36,925 nt of DNA from Verrucomicrobiota bacterium. Its GTDB lineage: Bacteria > Verrucomicrobiota > Verrucomicrobiia > Limisphaerales > UBA9464. The position numbers and the translations under genes were made by a program. Where the stretch lies: NCBI GenBank assembly GCA_039796255.1, contig JBDKKE010000456.1, forward strand, positions 1 through 36,925, given 5' to 3'. The notes under the pieces are model-generated. The model was not told the origin of the DNA. It saw only the letters and a list, made by a program, of their open reading frames with translations, and did not search any database. Positions 27,445 through 34,866 of the stretch are shown one piece after another. How positions within the stretch are numbered: position 1 is the first letter of the stretch; each line of letters starts with the position of its first letter.

Positions 27445-27583
27445 TCGGCCCTGGATGGGGTCTTTTCCTGATCAGGAAAGGGCGTGACGCCCGGCCAGCC
27501 CTCGCTCAACATGGACGTTCGGTTCTGGAGTGGGTGGTTTCAGGGTGTCCTGATGGCCCGGTCTGGCACCGACTTATCCCATC

Positions 27584-28177
27584 ATGAAAATGACATTGAA
27601 CCGCCTGGTTGGCGGACTGACTACGGCGCTCACCCTTACCGGACTGCTTTTGCTGGCGGGTTGCGCCGGAACCCCGCTGCCTCCGAAGCGCTCGGGCTTC
27701 CTCTACAACTACAGCAATTTGAAGCAGGTGGACGCCACCACCTGGCGCTACGTCAACACCAACCGACTGGCGCTCTACAACAAGTTTGTCATCGCGCCGG
27801 TGCAGATCAAAGTCACGGAGTTCGAGGGCAAGCCGGTGAGCGATGAGCAGAAGACCAAATCCGCGGAGTATGTCCGCGAGTCCCTGACCAAGGCGCTGGA
27901 ATCCAAGGGGTATGCAGTGGTTTCCGGTGGCTATGGCGAAGTGGCCGAAGTGCGTGTGGCCATCACCGATGCCTATAAGAGCGGGAGCCAAATTGGGCTG
28001 ACGGTTGAGGGATCGATTGTGGACTCCGCCTCCGCCTATCAGGCCGCCGCGGTGATGAAGTCCGAGCTGGCCGATGCGCAGCTGGGCTCATGGTGGAACG
28101 GTGAGCGCGCCCGCGAGATCATCAATCGCTGGTCCGAGCGCATGGTCGAGGCGGTCGTCCAGGCCCACACCAAGTAA
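27584..28177 (+). CDS. Lipoprotein, DUF3313-like
   Basis: Signal peptide with lipobox LLLAGC (MKMTLNRLVGGLTTALTLTGLLLLAGCAG). The mature N-terminus SGFLYNYSNLKQVD and the roughly 200-aa size are typical of DUF3313 lipoproteins. Confidence 0.68.
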   Translation: MKMTLNRLVGGLTTALTLTGLLLLAGCAGTPLPPKRSGFLYNYSNLKQVDATTWRYVNTNRLALYNKFVIAPVQIKVTEFEGKPVSDEQKTKSAEYVRESLTKALESKGYAVVSGGYGEVAEVRVAITDAYKSGSQIGLTVEGSIVDSASAYQAAAVMKSELADAQLGSWWNGERAREIINRWSERMVEAVVQAHTK

Positions 28178-28212
28178 GGAACATTGCGGCGCTCAACGCC
28201 GTCGCTGATTTC

Positions 28213-28247
28213 AGGGCGGGGTTTCCGGATTCCGGAAATCCCGCCCT
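28213..28247. terminator. Bidirectional GC-rich hairpin between convergent genes
   Basis: AGGGCGGG-GT-TTCCGG-ATT-CCGGAA-AT-CCCGCCCT forms an interrupted 14-bp stem. It lies between the DUF3313 stop (28177) and the prepilin-like stop (28263). Confidence 0.7.
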
Positions 28248-28262
28248 TGTCGTATCCGCGGG

Positions 28263-29078
28263 TCACTGCAGCCGGACCGAGGTGTGTTCGGACATGAAGA
28301 TCATGTCGCGATTGCCTCCCGACGGCACCACCAGGGTCATCGGCTTTTGGGTCAGTGGCTTGATGGTCCGCCCGTCCACCCACTTGTGAACCTCGGCGTG
28401 GCCGTCCCCGAAGCTCATGCCCCCCGCGCGATTGTGGCTGCTGGCCGGGTAGTCGATGATGTGAATGGAGGAGGCCGGAGCGCCATCGTTCATGGCCACG
28501 GCGAAGTCACCGAAGTTCAGGCTGTCCGGATGCTCGTCGATGAAGACGTAGGCCTGGGACCCACCGATCCGGTCAAGGTCGGAGAGTTTGCGGAAGACCA
28601 CGTATTTCTTCTTGGTGAGAAAACTCATCCAGTCGTCCCGTGAGTTCATGGCCTGGCTCAGGGAAAGACTGCGAACCCGCGGGTATCGCCGTCCTCCGGA
28701 CACCACATAGCTGCGGTCTCCCGGACACTTGTAGATGCCCACCGCCTGCGTATAGGGCGCCAGCTTGGCATAGTTGGGGTCCCGCAAATTGGCCAGGTTG
28801 GTGTTGTGTGGATTGGAACCGTTGTAATCCAGCACGCCCCGCACCCATCCCGCTCCGTCGGCGGTCAGGTCGTTCCAGACCAGGTTGTCCGCGTGGTCGC
28901 CGGCATAAAGGGTCCAGGCCAGGGTGAGTTGACGCTGATTGCTCAGGCACTGAATTCCCTGGGCCTTGGTCTTCGATTTGCCCAGCGCGGGAAGGAGCAT
29001 TCCCGCCAGAATGGCAATGATGGCCACCACCACCAGCAACTCGATCAGGGTAAAGCCACCCCGGCGCGTCGGTGGCAT
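28263..29078 (-). CDS. Prepilin-type N-terminal cleavage/methylation domain protein, DUF1559 / H-X9-DG type (alternative start 29138)
   Basis: [55 protein letters not shown], plus the C-terminal [15 protein letters not shown]. The longest ORF start (29228) would overlap a strong hairpin at 29218-29247, so a shorter start is preferred. Confidence 0.8.
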   Translation of the reverse strand: MPPTRRGGFTLIELLVVVAIIAILAGMLLPALGKSKTKAQGIQCLSNQRQLTLAWTLYAGDHADNLVWNDLTADGAGWVRGVLDYNGSNPHNTNLANLRDPNYAKLAPYTQAVGIYKCPGDRSYVVSGGRRYPRVRSLSLSQAMNSRDDWMSFLTKKKYVVFRKLSDLDRIGGSQAYVFIDEHPDSLNFGDFAVAMNDGAPASSIHIIDYPASSHNRAGGMSFGDGHAEVHKWVDGRTIKPLTQKPMTLVVPSGGNRDMIFMSEHTSVRLQ

Positions 29079-29217
29079 ACCGGCGGGACGGGATTCGCTG
29101 CCTTTGGTCCGCCGAAGGTTTCTAGAGCCGGTGGTCATGCATCGAGGTCTATCGGGTTCTGAGGTCCGTGGCAATCGACCACCGCTGAAGATCCAGCGCA
29201 GGGTGCGGACGCCAGTT

Positions 29218-29247
29218 CGCTGCCGCACCCCCGTGGGTGCGGCAGCG
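29218..29247 (-). terminator. Stem-loop downstream of the collagen-like gene
   Basis: Perfect 13-bp stem CGCTGCCGCACCC / GGGTGCGGCAGCG with a 4-nt loop, 65 bp downstream of the collagen-like stop. It has no clear U-tract. Confidence 0.6.
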
Positions 29248-29311
29248 AAGGCGGATACGATCCTCCTGCGGATGGTATCCCCAAGCCGCGAGCCCTCTCG
29301 CCGCCGGGTGG

Positions 29312-31042
29312 CTAGTTTAGCTTCTGAATCAAAACGGACGCATTCACGGCCGCCGCCGTTCCTCCAATGGGAGGCGCGGCGGCGAGGGTTACTGCAGCCG
29401 CAGACGTGTGATTGCGGAGGGTCAATACATCGTTGGCTCCGATAGCCAGGATGGCCTGTCCGTTGTTCTGCTGTGTGCCAGCCCCTGTGCCATAGACGGT
29501 TTCCGCCACCACCACGCCGTTGAGGAAGAGTGCGAACTGGCTGGGCTCGGTCCCGGAAACGGAGAAGGTCACCTTGTAGTCTCCCTGGTTCACGACAATG
29601 ACCTCAGAACTCCCCAAACCGTGGGTAATGCCCGCAGTGCGAATGCCATTGCTGCTGAAGGTCACGGCCGTTTCCAGGGGAACTACCTGGGCATTCTGAT
29701 TGTAGATGTATCCGTACTGCGACGAGCCTCCGGTTCCATTGGTGCCGTTGACTCCGTCCGCCCCGGCAGGACCGGTGGCACCCGTTGTTCCATCCGCCCC
29801 GGTGGCACCGGTGGCTCCGACCGGGCCGACGGGCCCCTCGGGTCCCGTGCTGCCGGTTCCGCCCACAGGTCCCACAGGTCCCGCAGTGCCAGGATCGCCA
29901 TTGACGCCTGCCGGGCCGGTCAGGCCCAAATCACCCTTGATTCCCTGAGGACCCGTTGCGCCAACAGCCCCTGCGGCTCCAGCAGGTCCGATGGGTCCCG
30001 TCGCGCCCACGGACCCGGCCACGCCGGTGGCTCCCGCGGGTCCAACGGGTCCTATTGGCCCAGCGGGACCGGTGAGACCCGTGAGTCCGGTCAGTCCCTT
30101 GTCACCCTTGAGTCCGGGCGTGCCCTGCGGCCCGGCAAGGCCGGTGGGTCCGATGGTACCCGCGGGTCCAACGGGTCCTAGTGGCCCAGCGGGACCGGTG
30201 AGTCCCGTGAGCCCAGTCAATCCCTTGTCACCCTTGATACCGGGGTTTCCCTGCGGTCCAGCCAGGCCGGTGGGTCCGATGGCAACCGCGGGTCCAACGG
30301 GTCCTGGTGGCCCAACGGGACCGGTGAGTCCCGTGAGTCCGGTCAGTCCCTTGTCACCTTTGATACCGGGGAGTCCCTGCGGTCCAGCAAGGCCGGTGAG
30401 TCCGATGGGACCCAGGGGTCCTGCGGGACCTGTGAGCCCGGTTAATCCCTTGTCACCCTTGATACCGGGGAGTCCCTGCGGTCCGGCGAGACCAGCGGGT
30501 CCCATGGGACCCTTGGCCCCGTTGGTACCATTGGTACCGGCGAGTCCGGTTATTCCAGTCAATCCGCGCAGGCCTTGAATCCCCTGTGGCCCTAAGGGTC
30601 CAACCGGTCCGATCGCTCCTGTGGGGCCTGCCGGTCCGGGAGGGCAATCACACGCCGCACATTCGCAGAGCTCCACGGTGGCCGTGGCATAGGCCACCGT
30701 CGTCTTGGAGACAATCAATACATATGTGCCTGCGGCGGTGCCCGGCGGACGGGTGATCACCACCCTCTGGCTTGCGTAGTCCCAGGTATTGCTGACCACG
30801 ACTCCACCCAACGAGGTGACCAGCGGGCCCAGGGGAAAGTACCCGAGCTGGACGGTCAGGTTGGTGCAGGTGCAATCAATGACCCCCAGGATATTGTGTG
30901 CCCGGGCGGAGAATCCCAATGTCCCGAGGGCGATAAGAAGGAAGAACGATTGCAGCAGGGAGTGAAGCGGGCGTTTTAACAGGGAGTGTCGTCCTAACCT
31001 CTGGGTCAGAGGCGGCGGATTATCGAGGGTCTGGGAATTCAT
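29312..31042 (-). CDS. Secreted collagen triple-helix repeat protein with IPT/Ig-like N-domain and BclA/C1q-like C-terminal domain
   Basis: Signal peptide ([20 protein letters not shown]). A beta-rich N-domain ends in the Cys cluster CECAACDC. About 305 residues of uninterrupted G-X-Y follow (29726-30640), with one break (GPA-VAI-GPT). The C-terminal ~137 aa ([57 protein letters not shown]) follow the pattern of Bacillus BclA-type C-terminal jelly-roll domains. Confidence 0.9.
   Translation of the reverse strand: MNSQTLDNPPPLTQRLGRHSLLKRPLHSLLQSFFLLIALGTLGFSARAHNILGVIDCTCTNLTVQLGYFPLGPLVTSLGGVVVSNTWDYASQRVVITRPPGTAAGTYVLIVSKTTVAYATATVELCECAACDCPPGPAGPTGAIGPVGPLGPQGIQGLRGLTGITGLAGTNGTNGAKGPMGPAGLAGPQGLPGIKGDKGLTGLTGPAGPLGPIGLTGLAGPQGLPGIKGDKGLTGLTGLTGPVGPPGPVGPAVAIGPTGLAGPQGNPGIKGDKGLTGLTGLTGPAGPLGPVGPAGTIGPTGLAGPQGTPGLKGDKGLTGLTGLTGPAGPIGPVGPAGATGVAGSVGATGPIGPAGAAGAVGATGPQGIKGDLGLTGPAGVNGDPGTAGPVGPVGGTGSTGPEGPVGPVGATGATGADGTTGATGPAGADGVNGTNGTGGSSQYGYIYNQNAQVVPLETAVTFSSNGIRTAGITHGLGSSEVIVVNQGDYKVTFSVSGTEPSQFALFLNGVVVAETVYGTGAGTQQNNGQAILAIGANDVLTLRNHTSAAAVTLAAAPPIGGTAAAVNASVLIQKLN
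30023..30499 (-). repeat. Tandem near-identical modules inside the collagen-like gene (one 102-bp plus three 126-bp units)
   Basis: The modules start TGLAGPQG(L/N/T)PG(I/L)[11 protein letters not shown](LTG)PxGPxGPxGP... and are repeated four times (residues 230-388 of the track ORF). The DNA copies are visibly near-identical. Confidence 0.85.
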
Positions 31043-31402
31043 GGTCGGTTCTGGATTAAGTATTCTGTGCCTTGGCGAGATTCCCCGTCCGCTGAGGGCC
31101 GCAGGCGATCGATGACCCCCCGGGTACCGGATCGGTGGTTTGGTAAATCCGACCAATGGGTGGTTCCGCTGATGGCACGATTCCACAATCCATCGCGCAA
31201 CAGGTTCGGCGCAATGGGGTGAGTGCCCCAGAGAATGGATCTGGTATTATATCGGCCGCGGTGGGTGCGGGCCTTGGGCCGATGCGCCCGATCCATGGGC
31301 CCTGGCTGGGCGTCGTGGCCAGCCGGGGCGGAGGTAGGGTTGCCCGTGGGGGGTGGGCGGACGCGCCTCCTGTCGGCGCGCCCTCGCGGGAGGGAAGTTG
31401 CC

Positions 31403-33145
31403 CTACTTCTTCTCCTCGGACGTCTTCGGTGCGGGCAACACCGTGAGCCAGAACTCCGCCATGGATTCCACCACCAACCGCCGATAGCCCTGCGGCACTC
31501 CGTTGTTCTCGCCGGTGCTGACGAGATCCATGGTCACGACCTGTTCCTTTCCGGACCCACTCTCCAAGACCCGGATCTGCAGGGATCCGCTGAAGGGAAC
31601 AGCGGTCTCCGTGGCGATCAGCCGGACGAGGCATTCGCCTCCCTTCTCCGGGATCTCGCCGGGTTCCGCACGCACGCCTTCCGGAAGTCCGCGCACGGAG
31701 AGCGTCAGCGGGGTGTTGAATCCGTGTCGGCGGGTGATGTTCACCTTGATCTCGTTGGTCTTTCCCGGTTCCAGCGCGAAGGAGTTTTCGGCCACCGTCG
31801 TCTTCAGGGAAGGGGTGGCCCGGCTCAAGGCCAGGCGGTACCAGGACCCAGGGCTTCCTCGCTGCAGGAGGTTGCCGACGGCGGCGACGTAGGGTCCGTC
31901 CGCCGGGGCGCTCCATTCCAGTCGTGGATCCGAGCCGGTGTCGTCGTCGTTGCGGGCCAGTTCCTTGCCGGACCGATCCTCCACCCGCAGCCAGGCATCG
32001 AGCGGAAAGCCCAGGGCGGCCGTCTGAACCTCCAGCAGCAGCGACTCGCCCTTGTTCGCGTGGAAGACAAACCGGTCCTCGTCGCCCGCCGTTCCCAGTT
32101 CGCCGGTCACCGCTCCGGGGATATCGATGGAATTCGCATCGGTGTTGATCGAATTGGGTTCGGACTCCACCCCCTCCGGCCCGTCCCCGACGAGGAGATC
32201 CAGGACGCTTTCGCCAAAGCCGGGGGGGAGCGGGACGCGATCCAGGGTCGCGCCCAGGTCATTGCCGTTGAAGGCCACCGGTTGATTGGTGTCCGCGCCC
32301 AGGTTCCATCCGCGCCTCACCAGTGGCGTGGGGCTCCCGCGTCGGACGCCCAGCGGAACAGTATGCCGAACCACCGGGCCGGAGGTCATGTGCAGCCGGT
32401 AGACATCCCGGGCATCGCCCGCGAAGCGGATGTCGGAGCCCGCCGGATAGGCGAAACCGAACACCTGGAGCACATAGGATCCCGCGGCGGGCGCGGTCCA
32501 GGCGAGGAACGGGTCGAGCGAACGTCCATCATCGTGGTTCCACGCCACCTGAACCCCGCGGGAATCCAGCAGCCGCAGCACCGGGTCGAGCGGGGACATC
32601 AGGGTGTAGGCCTCGATCCAGGCCACCAGCGTCTGTCCTGCCTCCAGCCGCACGCCGTAGGAGTCCACGTCGCCGTTCTTTTCCAACCGGCCGTTGATCG
32701 TTGCGGGCAGGGAATCCACGGACTGCGGTGCGCTCCACTCGCCATTGGGTTCTATTTCCGCGCGCTGGGGTTCCCTGGTGACGATGAGGAATCGCGGCGC
32801 ACTGATCCCCTCGCCATTGAAGGCGCGAACCACCCGGGGGCCAGGGGTCGCATTGGTTCTCACCCAGACGGTGAACACCCCGTTGTTGGTGGTCGGTTCG
32901 AAGGTCAGTCCCGGCGGATCCGACCACACCTTCGGCGGCCAGGGATCGGACTTGCCCACCCAGGTGAGAGTATTGGACGTGCCGGCCTGTACCGCGGCGG
33001 GGAACAGGTGATCGAGAACTGGTGCGGCGGACCAGGCGGACGGGTGGAGGACCGCCAGGGAGATGGCGAGGCCAAGGGTCCGAGTGAGGGCGGTGACCCG
33101 GGTGCGGGCGGGAACCATCCAGGAACGTTCAAGAACCCTCGCCAT
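31403..33145 (-). CDS. Secreted protein with two pre-peptidase C-terminal (PPC)-type domains
   Basis: Signal peptide (TLGLAISLAVLHPSAWSA). Two copies of the PPC pattern: EIEPNGEWSAPQSVDSLPATINGRLEKNGDVDSYGVRLEAGQTL..NHDDG and ESEPNSINTDANSIDIPGAVTGELGTAGDEDRFVFHANKGESL..RNDDD. Confidence 0.72.
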   Translation of the reverse strand: MARVLERSWMVPARTRVTALTRTLGLAISLAVLHPSAWSAAPVLDHLFPAAVQAGTSNTLTWVGKSDPWPPKVWSDPPGLTFEPTTNNGVFTVWVRTNATPGPRVVRAFNGEGISAPRFLIVTREPQRAEIEPNGEWSAPQSVDSLPATINGRLEKNGDVDSYGVRLEAGQTLVAWIEAYTLMSPLDPVLRLLDSRGVQVAWNHDDGRSLDPFLAWTAPAAGSYVLQVFGFAYPAGSDIRFAGDARDVYRLHMTSGPVVRHTVPLGVRRGSPTPLVRRGWNLGADTNQPVAFNGNDLGATLDRVPLPPGFGESVLDLLVGDGPEGVESEPNSINTDANSIDIPGAVTGELGTAGDEDRFVFHANKGESLLLEVQTAALGFPLDAWLRVEDRSGKELARNDDDTGSDPRLEWSAPADGPYVAAVGNLLQRGSPGSWYRLALSRATPSLKTTVAENSFALEPGKTNEIKVNITRRHGFNTPLTLSVRGLPEGVRAEPGEIPEKGGECLVRLIATETAVPFSGSLQIRVLESGSGKEQVVTMDLVSTGENNGVPQGYRRLVVESMAEFWLTVLPAPKTSEEKK

Positions 33146-33190
33146 GCGCGTATGGTGCGGTGCGATGTGAATCAGGCGCCTCGGGGGCGA

Positions 33191-34540
33191 CTAGGCGAAC
33201 AGTTCCTTGATCCGGCGGCCGTTGTTCACCAGTTGCACCGGGCGGCCGGTGTTGGTGTGGAGGATCTGTTGGGGGTCGATGCCCATTTTGGTATACACCG
33301 ACGCCGCGAAGTCTTCCGGCCGGTACACGTTGTCCGATGCCGCGTATCCCTTGGCATCCGTCGCGCCGATCACTCCTCCCCGCGGGCAGCCGGCGCCGGC
33401 CATCAGGACCGACATCGCGTGCGGCCAGTGGTCGCGCCCGGCGTCCTTGTTGACCTTGGGTGTGCGCCCGAACTCCCCCAGCAGGACCACCAGCGTGGAG
33501 TCCAGCAATCCACGCTCATCCAGATCCCGGATCAGGGCGGCAACCCCGCGATCCATGTTCTTCACATGGTCGCCCTTGTAGGCCTCGAACAGCTTGGTGT
33601 GATGATCCCACCCCCCGTAGTTGACGGTCACCCAGGAGACCCCGACCTCGACGAGGCGGCGGGCCATGAGCAGCCGTTGGGCGAAGTCGTTCCGGCCATA
33701 CAATTCCCGAACCTTCTCGTCCTCGCGGGACAGATCGAATGCCGCCTGCGCCTTGGTCGACAGGACGAGATCAACGCTCTGCTGGAAATACTGATCAAAG
33801 GTCACCGCCGGATCCTCGGCCAGCCGGTCGGTGTACCGCTTCATGGCATCCAGGGACGCCCGCAGCTCCCGGCGGGTCGCCGCGCGACCCTCACTGATGT
33901 CGGCGGGAAGCACGACATCCCGCACCTTGAATCCGGCGGCGTTGGGCGAGCCATCAATGACAAACGGGGCATGCTTGCCACCCAGGAAATTCGGACCACC
34001 GCTGCGGGTCACCGAGGGCATGGAGACGTAGGGCGGCAGTCCCTCCTGTTGACCCCGTTTCCATGAGGCGATGGATCCAAACGACGGATGAAAGGTCACA
34101 AACGCCCCACAGGCCACCGGCACCGGCGTGGGGGCGCCGGTCATCAGGTAGTGATTGCCGCCGCCGTGGTTGGGATCCTTGTGGCAGATCGAGCGGATCA
34201 CCGTGAAACGATCCGCGGCCTTGGCCAATTCCGGGATCGCCTCGCTGAAGCGGATCCCGGGCACCGCCGTGGGAATGGTCTGGAAGGTGCCCCGAATCTC
34301 CGCCGGCGCTTCCGGCTTCGGATCAAAGGTCTCGTAGTGGGATGGCCCGCCATCGAGCCAGATCAGGATGGTGTTGACCGGTCGACCGCTGATAGGTGCG
34401 GCGGGCGGGGCAGTTGCTCCCGCCGCACGCGCCTGCAAACGCAGCACCTCGGAGAAACCCAGACCGAGGACCCCGCCGATCCCCAACTGCAGGAAATCCC
34501 GTCGTCGTACTCCGGCGCAGTTGTGCATGGAACCGGACAT
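33191..34540 (-). CDS. DUF1501 domain protein (alkaline-phosphatase/sulfatase-like fold) with twin-arginine signal
   Basis: Tat motif RRRDFLQLGIGG. Family hallmarks LDGGPSHYETFDPKP, GEFGRTPKVN..GRDHWP. 449 aa. Confidence 0.9.
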   Translation of the reverse strand: MSGSMHNCAGVRRRDFLQLGIGGVLGLGFSEVLRLQARAAGATAPPAAPISGRPVNTILIWLDGGPSHYETFDPKPEAPAEIRGTFQTIPTAVPGIRFSEAIPELAKAADRFTVIRSICHKDPNHGGGNHYLMTGAPTPVPVACGAFVTFHPSFGSIASWKRGQQEGLPPYVSMPSVTRSGGPNFLGGKHAPFVIDGSPNAAGFKVRDVVLPADISEGRAATRRELRASLDAMKRYTDRLAEDPAVTFDQYFQQSVDLVLSTKAQAAFDLSREDEKVRELYGRNDFAQRLLMARRLVEVGVSWVTVNYGGWDHHTKLFEAYKGDHVKNMDRGVAALIRDLDERGLLDSTLVVLLGEFGRTPKVNKDAGRDHWPHAMSVLMAGAGCPRGGVIGATDAKGYAASDNVYRPEDFAASVYTKMGIDPQQILHTNTGRPVQLVNNGRRIKELFA

Positions 34541-34613
34541 GGTGCGAAGGGAGACGAGCTTCGACTAAAGCGCCTTCAATGGGAAAGGATGTTTTGAGAG
34601 GAAACCACGGAGT

Positions 34614-34849
34614 TTTGACCACGGATGGCACGGATGCACACGGATCGGGTGGAAACAGAAATACCATCAGGAGGCCCTGTCTCGACGTGCGATACACGCC
34701 GGCCCGAGGCGTGGCGCGGTCGGGGAGTAGGGAGAGTGGGACTGGCAGAGCGCCTTGCTCCGAGAATCTCGCTCCTTTGCCCTGGCTTCCTCAGGTCGGG
34801 CCAAGGGTCTCTCTCCCATCCGTGTCCATCCGTGCCATCCGTGGTCAAA
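34614..34849. repeat. Intergenic inverted-arm element, copy B (CACGGATGG-unit arms)
   Basis: Left arm TTTGACCACGGATGGCACGGATGCACACGGATCGGG (34614-34649). The right arm (34815-34849) reverse-complements to TTTGACCACGGATGGCACGGATGGACACGGATGGG. 23 nt are identical (34614-34636 versus 34827-34849), and the spacer is about 165 nt. Confidence 0.85.
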
Positions 34850-34866
34850 CCCTCCCCGGTTCCCGA

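Noticed and set aside
29991-30578. + strand ORF encoding PxGPxGP-type repeats, which looks like a second collagen-like protein
   Set aside because: It is the reverse-complement reading of the G-X-Y repeat region (GGN/NCC symmetry). It lacks a signal peptide and flanking domains. The minus-strand gene has the full architecture.
31223-34066. 947-aa + strand ORF spanning the PPC and DUF1501 loci
   Set aside because: It is antisense to two well-supported minus-strand genes (Tat-signal DUF1501 and the PPC-domain protein). Its composition is Arg/Gly/His-rich and it has no recognisable domains.
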